Shown here: positions 38,517 to 47,921 of the stretch, in pieces
How positions within the stretch are numbered: position 1 is the first letter of the stretch
How the letters are laid out: each line of letters begins with the position of its first letter
Position numbers and translations under genes: made by a program
The notes under the pieces: generated by a model
Told to the model about the DNA's origin: nothing
Seen by the model: the letters and a program-made list of their open reading frames with translations, nothing else
Databases searched by the model: none
Assembly: GCA_036386845.1 (NCBI GenBank)
Contig: DASVUW010000348.1
Location: 1-49,979 of the forward strand
Source of the DNA: Allosphingosinicella sp.
Lineage (GTDB): Bacteria; Pseudomonadota; Alphaproteobacteria; Sphingomonadales; Sphingomonadaceae
DNA: 49,979 bases
Direction of reading: 5' to 3'

Positions 38517-39409
38517 ACCTGGACGACCTGGTCCCGATTCCGGTGCCGGCCACGAGCCTAGCGAGCGCCCTCGCCTCTCACGGCGATTACCGCATCGCGC
38601 GGCGAATTCAGCCGATGGTGCGAGGCGCTGATGGATTCGAGCGCACCGACGAGCTTTCGGTGTGCGTGCTAGACTGCGAGACGACTGGCACGGACCACGA
38701 GACGGACAGGATAATCGAGCTGGCCCTCCAGAGGGTCTATGTCTCGACTGACGGGCGGATCGTACTGACGGGCAAGCCGCGGAGCTGGCTCGAGGACCCT
38801 GGCGTCCCCATCTCGCCGGAGATCACTCGGATCACCGGTCTGACCGACGACGACGTCGAGGGACAGGCTATTGCCGAGGGCGAGGCCAGGTGCATCATCT
38901 CCTCGGCCGACGTGGTTCTGAGCCACAATGCGGGTTTCGATCGCCCTTTCGTCGAGAAGCGTCTCGGCCTCCCGGGCCTGGCGTGGGCATGCAGCCTCAA
39001 CGACATGGACTGGAGAGAAGCGGGCTTCGAGGGCCGATCGCTCTGTCAGTTGCTCTGGCAGTGCGGGTGGTTCTACGAAGCGCATCGCGCCTCCAGCGAT
39101 GTGAACGCTCTCCTTCATCTGCTCGACCACGCTCTTCGCTCGGGTACGACGGTGATGAAGGAGGTGCTTGAGCGCGCCAGGCGGCCGAGTTGGATGATCG
39201 AGGCGGTTGGAGCGCCCTTCTCGGCCCGCGGAGCCTTGAAGGCGAGGAGCTATCGTTGGGACCCGGCGGCGCGGTTCTGGTGGAGGGAGGTGTCGGAAGA
39301 GGTTCTCCAAGACGAGCTCTCTTGGGTTGCGTCTCAAGTCTACGGAGGGATCGACACGCCTCCACATCGCCTGGTCACCTGGTGCGAGCGTTACGGTGCG
39401 CGCTCGTGA
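38513..39409 (+). CDS. DEDDh 3'-5' exonuclease (DnaQ/epsilon-like)
   Basis: LDCETTG (Exo I), HNAGFD (Exo II), HRASSDV (Exo III); GTGA overlap. Confidence 0.9.
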   Translation: MNLDDLVPIPVPATSLASALASHGDYRIARRIQPMVRGADGFERTDELSVCVLDCETTGTDHETDRIIELALQRVYVSTDGRIVLTGKPRSWLEDPGVPISPEITRITGLTDDDVEGQAIAEGEARCIISSADVVLSHNAGFDRPFVEKRLGLPGLAWACSLNDMDWREAGFEGRSLCQLLWQCGWFYEAHRASSDVNALLHLLDHALRSGTTVMKEVLERARRPSWMIEAVGAPFSARGALKARSYRWDPAARFWWREVSEEVLQDELSWVASQVYGGIDTPPHRLVTWCERYGARS

Positions 39410-40110
39410 TCGCCGCTGTCCGGCGCCATTTGAGCGCGCCTCTGCCGCTGCTGGATTGTTACCTTGGACGGTACTGGAAGGCCCGCTGCGAGGCAGCGGC
39501 GTCTGACCTCGTCAATGACTTCACGTTCCTCGGCGGCCGCGCCCAGATCGGCGACTGTCTCTTGAATGAGAGCTTCCACCTCCCGAGGAAGCCTGCGGCC
39601 GGTTCGAGATCGGGTGGGGCCCCGCGCCCCGGGAAACTGTGCCGGGTCTCTGGTCCGCCGCCAGGCGCTGACCAAGTTCTGGAACATCGTCAGGCGGACT
39701 CCGACCTGCGCCATCGCACGAGTGCGGTCCTCGGCCGTCGGGTTCGCGAGCCTCAGGTAGCCATCGATAATTTCGATCCGTCGCCGCACCTCCGCCCGCC
39801 GGCTTTGCGGAACCGACGACCAGTCGAGATCGCCGAGCGGCTGTGGCTCTGGGAAATTGATGGTGGACGCTGGGTTTGGTCCTGCCTTCCACGCACGGGC
39901 GCCGGGCAAATCTCCAGGTTTCTGGCTCCCGAGCCAGGCTTTCAGCAGGAGATAGAACATGGGTCGGGAGACGCCGAGATCGTCGCGTGCTTTCTTCCGA
40001 TCGTGCTTCGTCGGATTCGGGAGCGAGAGGAACCGCTCGAGGATCTCGATGCGTCGCCGCACTTCGGGCCGGCGGTCGGGAGGCACACCGGTCCAGTCGA
40101 AATCTTCCAC
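39391..40110 (-). CDS. TnsB/TniA N-terminal-like DNA-binding protein with duplicated HTH module, no catalytic domain
   Basis: Internal repeat DW..VP..RR.EVRRRIEI...L.L.NPT..DR..A....GV...MF..L..AW; C-terminal LPREVEALI...VRRRC..AGLPVPS..TI. Confidence 0.6.
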   Translation of the reverse strand: MEDFDWTGVPPDRRPEVRRRIEILERFLSLPNPTKHDRKKARDDLGVSRPMFYLLLKAWLGSQKPGDLPGARAWKAGPNPASTINFPEPQPLGDLDWSSVPQSRRAEVRRRIEIIDGYLRLANPTAEDRTRAMAQVGVRLTMFQNLVSAWRRTRDPAQFPGARGPTRSRTGRRLPREVEALIQETVADLGAAAEEREVIDEVRRRCLAAGLPVPSKVTIQQRQRRAQMAPDSGDHERAP

Positions 40111-40146
40111 TCTTTCCTCCGCAAAGGCTCACTGGCCTTCGCGGGA

Positions 40147-41352
40147 TCAATCTTCCTCTTCGACCTCGAAGAGCTGTTTCAGAACGGCGGCAAATTCCTC
40201 TTCGCCATCGTGCGTCAGTCTCGGGTCGTCGTCGAGCCTTCGCTCCGCGACACCGTATCGTTGCGCGTCGACGGCATGCTCGAGCAGATATTCGAGCTCC
40301 TCGTCGGACAACCGCGGCCAGTCCGCAGCGGGTCCTGTCCGCCGAACGGGTTCCGGCGCGCGCCGCAGGCGTTCGAAGCCCGGCCAGAGGACGCTGTCGC
40401 TGAAGCGCCTGGTGTGCCGGCGCAACGCGAACTCGAACTTGATTCCAAGAGCCCCGCACCTTTTCCGAAGGCTGCCTTCCTCCTCCGGCGGCAAGTCACT
40501 GGCCATGCTCAATATCTGCGGCAAGTGCCAAGGGCCAACACCGTGATAAAAGCCCTCCAAGGTCCTGACGGCATTTCTGCCGAGGCTTCTCAAATCGGGG
40601 CGCTGGGTTGCCCCGAGGAGGAAGCCCGTCCTCCAGTCGATCAGCAGCCGCGCCGACGCCGGAACCATATGGCCGTCGGGCGACAAGATCGCGGCCTCGA
40701 AATACTGGTCTATCAGGACCAGCCTTTCGCCTGCCCGGTAGGTGGCTACCTCGGGCCCGGGTGCATCGATTGGCTCTGCATAGGTTGGAGAAGGCAAAGC
40801 TCGCCGCGCGTCCTCCAAGAGGCTGCGCACTGTCATTCTCGCTGGGGGTTTGTGGCCGAGGCGCTCGCAGATCGCGGCGATTCGACGGGATACGCTGGGC
40901 TCGGCGATATACGGATGCTCGGCGAGTGCCTTCTCTATGACCCGCCGCGCGATCTTGTGAGCGGGGAGCGTGGAGCGGGGCGGCGGCTTTCGACCGAGGT
41001 AGGGCACAACCACGGACAGGCTGCGCTGGCGCCGCCACGCCCGCATGAGCGCCTGGAGGCGCGGCAGGCTTATCCCGAGTGCCGCGGCCGCTGCTTCCTG
41101 CTCCGCGCGCGTCGGCGCAGTGGCCCGGGTAGTCAGCTCCTGCAGAGCCTTCACGCGGGCGACGGCGAGCATGCGCTTCTCCCGAGGGAGAGCCAAAAAC
41201 GCCTCGATGTCGATCGCGCGGGCCGTCAGCCACACCCGGTTGAGGTCGTCAGCGTCAGGGGCGTGGCGTGGCGGGTCGTCCTTCACTCCGGTCAACTGCC
41301 CCAAATCAGGGGGTGATGTCGAACTCTTGCATTGGTGGGTCGATCTCCACAT
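40147..41352 (-). CDS. Degenerate TnsB/TniA (Mu-type) transposase-like protein; start uncertain
   Basis: AAAALGISLPRLQALMRAW HTH; IAAICERLGHKPPARMTVRS; LVLIDQ...LLIDWRTGFLLG resembles the start of the DDE core but later acidic residues are not recognisable. Confidence 0.55.
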   Translation of the reverse strand: MWRSTHQCKSSTSPPDLGQLTGVKDDPPRHAPDADDLNRVWLTARAIDIEAFLALPREKRMLAVARVKALQELTTRATAPTRAEQEAAAAALGISLPRLQALMRAWRRQRSLSVVVPYLGRKPPPRSTLPAHKIARRVIEKALAEHPYIAEPSVSRRIAAICERLGHKPPARMTVRSLLEDARRALPSPTYAEPIDAPGPEVATYRAGERLVLIDQYFEAAILSPDGHMVPASARLLIDWRTGFLLGATQRPDLRSLGRNAVRTLEGFYHGVGPWHLPQILSMASDLPPEEEGSLRKRCGALGIKFEFALRRHTRRFSDSVLWPGFERLRRAPEPVRRTGPAADWPRLSDEELEYLLEHAVDAQRYGVAERRLDDDPRLTHDGEEEFAAVLKQLFEVEEED

Positions 41353-41359
41353 ATGTGGA
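41346..41359. promoter_or_regulatory. Perfect 14-bp palindrome upstream of tnsA
   Basis: TCCACATATGTGGA in the divergent tnsA control region. Confidence 0.55.
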
Positions 41360-41389
41360 TTGTGATGAGCTAGACATAAGGCGGTGCAG

Positions 41390-42223
41390 ATGCCTCGAGG
41401 AAAGGTTCGGTGGTCGGAAGAAGAGATCGCGCGCCGCTATGCGCAGGGGCGCGGACAGGGTGACCTCGCCGATTACCATCCATGGTTGGATTTCTATGAT
41501 CTCTCGTCGACTGGCTTGGCCGCCAGGCTTCCCTCGGCGAAGACTGGCCGACTGCATCACCTCATGTCGGGGATCGAGATCGGCGCCTTCCTTGAGCTCA
41601 TCCACTCGCCGGGCGTGATCGATATCCAGGAGCAGTATGCTCTCGACCGCGAGGACACCCGGGCCATCGCTGCCGAGCTGGGCATCCGGCATCCCGTTTA
41701 TCCGGGCACGAAGGTGGACGTCGTCATGACGACGGACCTGGTGGTCTTGCGGCTCGAGGGCGACGTGGTTCGGCGCTACGCCCGCGCCGTGAAGCCGGCC
41801 TCGAAGCTCGAGGATCTGCGTATCCTCGAGAAGCTGGAGATCGAGCGCCGCTTCTGGGCCCTGCGTGACGAGGACTGGGCGATCATTACCGATCAGGAGC
41901 AGTCGCAGCGGCGGCGTGCCTCACTTGAGTGGATGCACGCGAAGGAGGTTCTTCACGAGGAGTCCGAGCCGGATCATTGGACCACTCGCATCGCGGCATT
42001 TGTCGCGGCTGTCCGGTCGGCCCGCCAAGGCGCGACCTTCGAGGACCTCGAGCGCGCGCTACTTGCTCGCGGGTTATTCCAGCCCGACGAGATGGTCACT
42101 GTTATTCGACATCTCTGCGGGACCGGCCGGATGCAGTCCGATCCCGACCAGGGCTTTGACATAACCTGGCCGGTCACGCGGATGCCGCTCGTCGAGCTCA
42201 GTCGCTGGGCGGAAGCCGCCTGA
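41390..42223 (+). CDS. tnsA: Tn7 transposase endonuclease subunit
   Basis: GRGQG...DYHPWL, TGRLHHLMS..E, DIQEQY.L, HPVYP, VMTTDL, AVKP, EKLEIERRFW. Confidence 0.95.
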   Translation: MPRGKVRWSEEEIARRYAQGRGQGDLADYHPWLDFYDLSSTGLAARLPSAKTGRLHHLMSGIEIGAFLELIHSPGVIDIQEQYALDREDTRAIAAELGIRHPVYPGTKVDVVMTTDLVVLRLEGDVVRRYARAVKPASKLEDLRILEKLEIERRFWALRDEDWAIITDQEQSQRRRASLEWMHAKEVLHEESEPDHWTTRIAAFVAAVRSARQGATFEDLERALLARGLFQPDEMVTVIRHLCGTGRMQSDPDQGFDITWPVTRMPLVELSRWAEAA

Positions 42224-44394
42224 TGGCCGACGCCGATCCCCTTCTCCTTCCCGGCGATGTGATCCGCTTCGATGACGATCCGCCGCGGGATTATCGAATT
42301 GTATGGGTGGACCCGGCGGTGGAGCAGGTCGTCCTGTTCGACCTTGCTCAGAAGCGGACGGTCTTCAGCCTCTATGGTTTTGCCGATCTTGCCGACCATC
42401 TACGGGACGGATCGGCTTCAAGGCTGCTGGAGCACGGCTACGACGCCGAGGAGGCGGAACACGCCATCACCAAGGCTCGTCGCGAGCGTCGCGAGCATCT
42501 GATGGCGACGATCCGTCCCTTGTTGGAGATTCAGCCCGAGTTGTTCGACGATCGCAAGCGGGGCTCGGCGATCGCGCAGATCGCGGCTGCGGGTGGGCCG
42601 GATGCCAAGACCATCCATTCGGCCCTGCATCGGTACTTCGCCGGAGGCATGGTTCCCAACGCGATCATGCCCCGCTTCGAGGGATGCGGCGGCCCTGGCA
42701 AGGCCAAGCGGCGCGGGGCGGCCAAACTGGGGCGGAAGCGCAAACACGGCCGCCATCCCGGCACCAATGTGACTCCTTGGCTGGAGCGGATTTTCGAGCA
42801 CGGGATAAGGCTGTACTACGCGCAAAATGGCCGCATCGCCTTCACGAAGGCACGCGCGCTCATGCTGAAGAAGTTCTGCATGAGCACGCGGGTGGATCCG
42901 GTGACCAGGCGCATCGTTCATACGGCTGAACCTCTCTACTCGGACGAGGGTTTCCCGACGGTGCGCCAGATCCGCTATTGGTTCGAGGCCCACGCAGATA
43001 TTTTTGAGTTTCGCCGCCAGCGAATTGGGCGGAAGAAATATGATCGTAATCTGCGCGGAGTGCTCGGCAAGGCGCGCGCCACAACGTTCGGGCCCGGGTC
43101 ACGCTACGAGATCGATGCGACGATTGCCAACGTGTACATCGTCTCGAGCATCGAGGACGGCGTCGTCATTGGCCGGCCGGTCATCTATATCGTCGTCGAC
43201 GTCTTCTCGAAAATGGTGGTCGGCGTTTACGTGGGCCTGGAGGGCCCGTCCTGGCTCGGTGCCATGATGGCTCTGGTCAATGTGGTCACGCCCAAGATCG
43301 AGTTTTGCGCCAAGTACGGCGTGGTCATCGATGAGGCCGACTGGCCCTGCCACTTTCTGCCGGAGAAGATCCTGGGCGACCGCGGAGAGATCGCTGCTCG
43401 TGCGATCGAGAACCTGCAGTCGCGGCACCATATGACGGTTGAGAATGCGGAGTCGCACCGGCCCGACTGGAAGGGGACGGTGGAAAAGCGGTTCGACCTC
43501 GTCGATACTGAATTCAGGCCTTTCGCGACGGGTTACGTTGATCCCGATTTCGGAGAGCGCGGCGTCAAGGATCCGCGCCTGGAAGCGGCCTGGACACTCG
43601 AAGATTTCACGGCCGCGCTCATCATGATCATCCTGTATTTCAACAATCACGTGAAGCTCGATGGGTATCCGCGCGACGGGCAGATGATCCGCGAGGGCGT
43701 GCGGGCAGTGCCGGCAGAGCTGTGGGAGTGGGGTATCGCGAGGCGCCAGGGTGGGCTCCGGCGCGCATCGATCGAGGACGTCCAGTTCTCGGTGATGCCG
43801 GAGGCCGTAGCCAGTGTCCGCCGCGACGGCATCTATTTTCGAGGCCTATATTATTCTTGCTCCAAGGCTGAGGGGGAACGCTGGTTCGACCGAGCGCGGC
43901 AGCAGGGGATCTTCAAGAAGCGGATATCGTTCGACCCGCGCCGCGTGCGGTACATCTACCTGCACGATCCCGGCGAGCCTTGTGGATACATCGTCTGCGA
44001 GCTTCTGGATTGGAATGCGGATATCGCCGACGCATCCTTTGCGGAAGTGATCGAGGCTCGGCGGCGCGACAAGTCGCACACGGCTGATCGATCTGTTTCG
44101 CGCTCGGAAGCCGAGGCGGATCTCGCTGCCTTTCTCGAGGGGTGCGACCTCAGGGCGAGGAACCGGGTCGCAGGGTATGACCGGCGGCCGTGTGATCTCG
44201 AGGACATCCGGGGTGCGCGGGGCCGCGAGCGGGATGAGATCCGGCGGAGGGAAGCCTTCGACCTGGGAGGCGCCGCTACTGATCAGCCGCCGGCGTCAAA
44301 CGTTCATCCCCTGCGCGGAGCCGCGGCTGCCGATGAAGACGACGGCGCGGAGCCGACGCTTTCGCAGGTGTTGGGGAAGGGAAAGACGCCGTGA
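42223..44394 (+). CDS. tnsB: Tn7 DDE transposase subunit
   Basis: GPGSRYEIDAT (D), GDRGE (D), KGTVEKRF (E); TGATG coupling to tnsA. Confidence 0.95.
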   Translation: MADADPLLLPGDVIRFDDDPPRDYRIVWVDPAVEQVVLFDLAQKRTVFSLYGFADLADHLRDGSASRLLEHGYDAEEAEHAITKARRERREHLMATIRPLLEIQPELFDDRKRGSAIAQIAAAGGPDAKTIHSALHRYFAGGMVPNAIMPRFEGCGGPGKAKRRGAAKLGRKRKHGRHPGTNVTPWLERIFEHGIRLYYAQNGRIAFTKARALMLKKFCMSTRVDPVTRRIVHTAEPLYSDEGFPTVRQIRYWFEAHADIFEFRRQRIGRKKYDRNLRGVLGKARATTFGPGSRYEIDATIANVYIVSSIEDGVVIGRPVIYIVVDVFSKMVVGVYVGLEGPSWLGAMMALVNVVTPKIEFCAKYGVVIDEADWPCHFLPEKILGDRGEIAARAIENLQSRHHMTVENAESHRPDWKGTVEKRFDLVDTEFRPFATGYVDPDFGERGVKDPRLEAAWTLEDFTAALIMIILYFNNHVKLDGYPRDGQMIREGVRAVPAELWEWGIARRQGGLRRASIEDVQFSVMPEAVASVRRDGIYFRGLYYSCSKAEGERWFDRARQQGIFKKRISFDPRRVRYIYLHDPGEPCGYIVCELLDWNADIADASFAEVIEARRRDKSHTADRSVSRSEAEADLAAFLEGCDLRARNRVAGYDRRPCDLEDIRGARGRERDEIRRREAFDLGGAATDQPPASNVHPLRGAAAADEDDGAEPTLSQVLGKGKTP

Positions 44395-46049
44395 GCGAAA
44401 ACTTCTACACCTCCGAGTTGCCCCGGCCGGCCGCCGCGGCGGACATGTATGCGAAGCTTGCCGTCCCCCCATTGTTCGACGAGTCTGAGCGTCTGCTTGA
44501 GCCGAGCTTGCGTCGTGTCTGCGTCATGCGCCTGAACCGCTACTTGAAGCCGGGGGTGCGTCATTTGAAGCTCGCCGAGGGGTTCCTCCATTTCCTGATC
44601 GAGGGCTATGACGGACGAGGTCGTGTTCGTGCGGACCACGAGGCACGCATTCGGGCCTTTGCCGCGGAACGTGCCGCCGGTACGCTTCTCGATGTCGATG
44701 TCGGGTCTCAGAGCGCGCGGCCGCGAGCGCTCATGACGTCCAAACCGATTGGGACGAAGAACACCGCGGGCAGCGCGGTGCTGCTTGGGATGGCCGGCAT
44801 GGGGAAGTCCCTGACCGTCGAGGAGATACTGAACCACGTTCCCGAGGTCGTCGAGCATACCTCGCCGCTGACGCTCAGGCAGGTTGTCTGGATGAAGCTG
44901 GACTGTCCGCACAAAGGATCCGTGCGAGCGCTGTGCAGAGACTTCTTCCACGAGATGGATCGCATCCTTGGCGAGCGGCGCTACGTGCGGACTTATGCGG
45001 GCAGCCGCGCGACGGAGGAGAGCATGATGAGCGACATGGCTCTTCTGGCCAATCTTCATGCTCTCGGGGTGCTGGTCATCGACGAGATCCAGCATCTTGC
45101 CCTTACCCGCAGCGATGCGGAGACCCTGCTGGCTTTCCTGGTTACCCTTATCAACAAAATCGGCGTGCCCGTAATGTTGGTCGGGACCAACGATGCCTCG
45201 GACATCATGAGTCGCACGCTCCGGCTGGGTCGGCGCTCGACGGGTATCGGATCCGACACGTGGGAGCGTTATTCGGCGGATGACGACGAATGGATCGCCT
45301 TCATCGAGGATTTGTGGGGGTATCAGTGGACCAACGTCCATACTGATCTCGACGCGGACGGCGAGCTGATGCGCGCGCTCTATGACGAGACGCAGGGTAT
45401 CGTCGATCTCGCCGTCAAGTTGTTCATGCTGGCGCAGATGCGTGCGATCCGCCGTGGCGAGGCGCTCGGCGGCGAGGAGCGGATCACCCCTACCCTGCTC
45501 CGTCGCGTAGCCCGTGAGGAGTTCGCTATCGTGCGGCCTCTGATCGAGGCGCTTCGCTCGGGAGACCGGCGGCGCATCGCCCGTTACGGCGACATGTCGC
45601 CGCTGCGGGACCACTTCACCAGGATCCTGCAGGCGGAGACGGGAAAGACTGATTTGGAGTTGCCGAAGTCCCGCCCTGGATGTCGAGGAACGCAGGTCGA
45701 AGCGGAGGAGGCAAACGACAAGCCCGGGAATGCTCTCTTTAGGGAGGTGTTCCGCCAGCTGGGCGCCGCTGAGGACGTAGGCCGGGAGATTTTGAACGAG
45801 GCACGCTCACAGGATCCGGATGCCGACGTCTGGGCGCTGCTGGAGCTGGTCCGGGCTCGGCTGGGGCCCCGGCCGCCTGCTAAGCCCAGGGCCAGTCGCA
45901 AGGGCCGGACGCTTGGGGCACCCGGTGACTACGAGGAGGGGGATCTGCGCCGCGTCGTTGCCGCTGGGGCGGCAGATGGATTGTCTCCTTACCGCTCCCT
46001 TGCTGACGCTGGGATAACCGGTCCGGGGGCCTTGTTCAGGGCGTCGTGA
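44391..46049 (+). CDS. tnsC: Tn7 AAA+ regulator ATPase
   Basis: Walker A GMAGMGKS, KLDCPHKGS, Walker B LVIDEIQHL, LWGYQW, QGIVDLAVKLF. Confidence 0.95.
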   Translation: MSENFYTSELPRPAAAADMYAKLAVPPLFDESERLLEPSLRRVCVMRLNRYLKPGVRHLKLAEGFLHFLIEGYDGRGRVRADHEARIRAFAAERAAGTLLDVDVGSQSARPRALMTSKPIGTKNTAGSAVLLGMAGMGKSLTVEEILNHVPEVVEHTSPLTLRQVVWMKLDCPHKGSVRALCRDFFHEMDRILGERRYVRTYAGSRATEESMMSDMALLANLHALGVLVIDEIQHLALTRSDAETLLAFLVTLINKIGVPVMLVGTNDASDIMSRTLRLGRRSTGIGSDTWERYSADDDEWIAFIEDLWGYQWTNVHTDLDADGELMRALYDETQGIVDLAVKLFMLAQMRAIRRGEALGGEERITPTLLRRVAREEFAIVRPLIEALRSGDRRRIARYGDMSPLRDHFTRILQAETGKTDLELPKSRPGCRGTQVEAEEANDKPGNALFREVFRQLGAAEDVGREILNEARSQDPDADVWALLELVRARLGPRPPAKPRASRKGRTLGAPGDYEEGDLRRVVAAGAADGLSPYRSLADAGITGPGALFRAS

Positions 46050-47791
46050 TGACGATCGGCTATGTCCCGTCGGAGATGCCGGACGAGCTTCTCTACAGCT
46101 TGCTTGCACGGCTCCGCCGCCATCGCGGAGTCCAGGCCGATGCGGAACCGATGCGCGACCTGTTCGGCCGAAGGCACGCGATTGCTTCTATCGACCTGCC
46201 CGCGGGCCTTGGCGGCCTGGCGGGGAGATTGCCGCTGGAACGTGGCCTCGACGTTCAGTCCATCGTCGATCGGTTGACGCTTTTCCCGTTCTTTACGGCA
46301 TTCCAGGACTCTGCGGTTCGCAGTGAGGTGCGGGCGGCGATGGCGGTATCGACCGCGGGCATTCACGTCCGTTTGGGAATCGCCGCCTTCCGGATTGCGC
46401 CGGTCCGGGAGCTGCGTTTCTGTCTGGAGTGCTTCCGATCGATGCAGGCGTCGGCTGGCGAGCGCTGGTGGAAGCGGTCGCATCAGCTGCCGGGTGTCCT
46501 GGTTTGCCCTGAGCACGGCACGGTCTTGCGCCGGAGCGGGATCGTGTCGGACGGTCGCCGCCGGCACGGTTTCGTCGCGGCCGACGAGGTGGTGGAAGCA
46601 GAGTCTGCTCCCGCCGTCTGCCGGCTGGTCGGCGATCACCAGGCCCAGCGTCTTCGCGAGCTGGCGGTGGCTGCCTTCAATTTGCTCGAGCGGCCGCCGG
46701 CGGCCGCGAGTCCGTTGAACATCGCCGCCGTTTACCGGGACCGGCTTGCCGAGGTCGGGCTCATGCGATCGGCCTGCAAGGTTGATCAGGCGGGGCTCGA
46801 GGTTGCACTGACGGGCCATTGGGGTGAGGTGCTCTCGATAGTTCCTGGTCTTGTGTCGGCTAGCCGCCTGCGCGGTGACTGGCTGGCGTCTCTGGTCCGG
46901 CGCCGGCCGCGCGCGGCTCACCCGATCTGCCACCTGCTCCTTTCGCTGTTGCTGGAATCGCGTGCGAAGGTGGTGGGGCCGTTCGGTCGAGGTCCTTGGG
47001 ACTGCCGCAATCCGCTTTCTGGCCACTTCGGGAGGCCAGTCATCGAGCGGGTTTCCGTCCGCCGGGACGGCAACACGAGATACGGGGATTTCAGATGTGA
47101 TTGCGGCTATGTGTACACCCGCGCAATCGGTCCCGGCGGCAAGCTCGGCTTGCCTCGTTATCGATCGTTCGGGCCGCTCCTGCCGTCGGAGATAAGGCGG
47201 GCTGTGGCTGCGGGGGAAGGGTTGCGGGCGACGTCGAAGCGGGTGGGCCTCGATCCCAAGACCTTGGTGCGCGAAGCTCGCATGTCCGGAATTGAGATTC
47301 CCTGGTCGCTGAGGCCCTCCGGCACGGTCCCTGCGCCGCGGGTTTCCGGGTTGGTTGGCTCCTGCGGTTGGACTCATCGCGCTAAGAGGCGCGTCGGCGC
47401 TCAGCGGATTGACTGGAGCTGGACCGATCGACGGCTGGCTAAGGCCGTCAGTCGCGAGGCATTGAACGTATTGCAGGCCGAGGTCCCGACGCGGGTCACC
47501 TTTGCGGAACTTGAGCGTCGTGTGGCATCGAATGGCTGGATCGCGAAGCGAAGGAGGAAACTGCCACTGACTGTTGCTGCCATAGCGGCTGAAACAGAGG
47601 ATACAGACACTTTCCGGCACCGCCGCTTGCGGCATGTGGTTACGAGCTGGCCTGGCGGCCACCCCGATGTCGCTGCAGCCGTGCTTCGGCGAGCCGGTTT
47701 GCGCAGCGACTGGTTGCCGGCGGTCGAGGCTGAGATACGGAAGGTACGGGAGGCTGAGACCCTGATTCCCGGACGTCGAAGAGCGTCGTAG
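46046..47791 (+). CDS. tnsD: TniQ/TnsD target selector 1 (581 aa)
   Basis: PDELLYSLLAR, LRFCLEC, WKRSHQLPGVLVCPEH, GPFGRGPWDCRNPL, FRCDCGY; extended C-terminus. Confidence 0.9.
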   Translation: MMTIGYVPSEMPDELLYSLLARLRRHRGVQADAEPMRDLFGRRHAIASIDLPAGLGGLAGRLPLERGLDVQSIVDRLTLFPFFTAFQDSAVRSEVRAAMAVSTAGIHVRLGIAAFRIAPVRELRFCLECFRSMQASAGERWWKRSHQLPGVLVCPEHGTVLRRSGIVSDGRRRHGFVAADEVVEAESAPAVCRLVGDHQAQRLRELAVAAFNLLERPPAAASPLNIAAVYRDRLAEVGLMRSACKVDQAGLEVALTGHWGEVLSIVPGLVSASRLRGDWLASLVRRRPRAAHPICHLLLSLLLESRAKVVGPFGRGPWDCRNPLSGHFGRPVIERVSVRRDGNTRYGDFRCDCGYVYTRAIGPGGKLGLPRYRSFGPLLPSEIRRAVAAGEGLRATSKRVGLDPKTLVREARMSGIEIPWSLRPSGTVPAPRVSGLVGSCGWTHRAKRRVGAQRIDWSWTDRRLAKAVSREALNVLQAEVPTRVTFAELERRVASNGWIAKRRRKLPLTVAAIAAETEDTDTFRHRRLRHVVTSWPGGHPDVAAAVLRRAGLRSDWLPAVEAEIRKVREAETLIPGRRRAS

Positions 47792-47921
47792 CCGTTGTAG
47801 TCGGTCAAGAGCGGCTGAAACGGCGCCGGTTTGCGGGGTGATTTCGATCGGGCAGGAATCGACTCTTTGGCCCTCCCCGATGTAGTTGTGATCTCGGCGC
47901 GTTGTCGTCCAGCGGGGTCAC

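Noticed and set aside
39190-41316. 708-aa plus-strand ORF
   Set aside because: No recognisable motifs and overlaps the exonuclease; the opposite strand carries two ORFs with coherent repeated HTH modules, so it is treated as a shadow (not fully excluded)
45989-47662. 557-aa minus-strand ORF
   Set aside because: Antisense to tnsD, Arg/Pro-rich, no motifs
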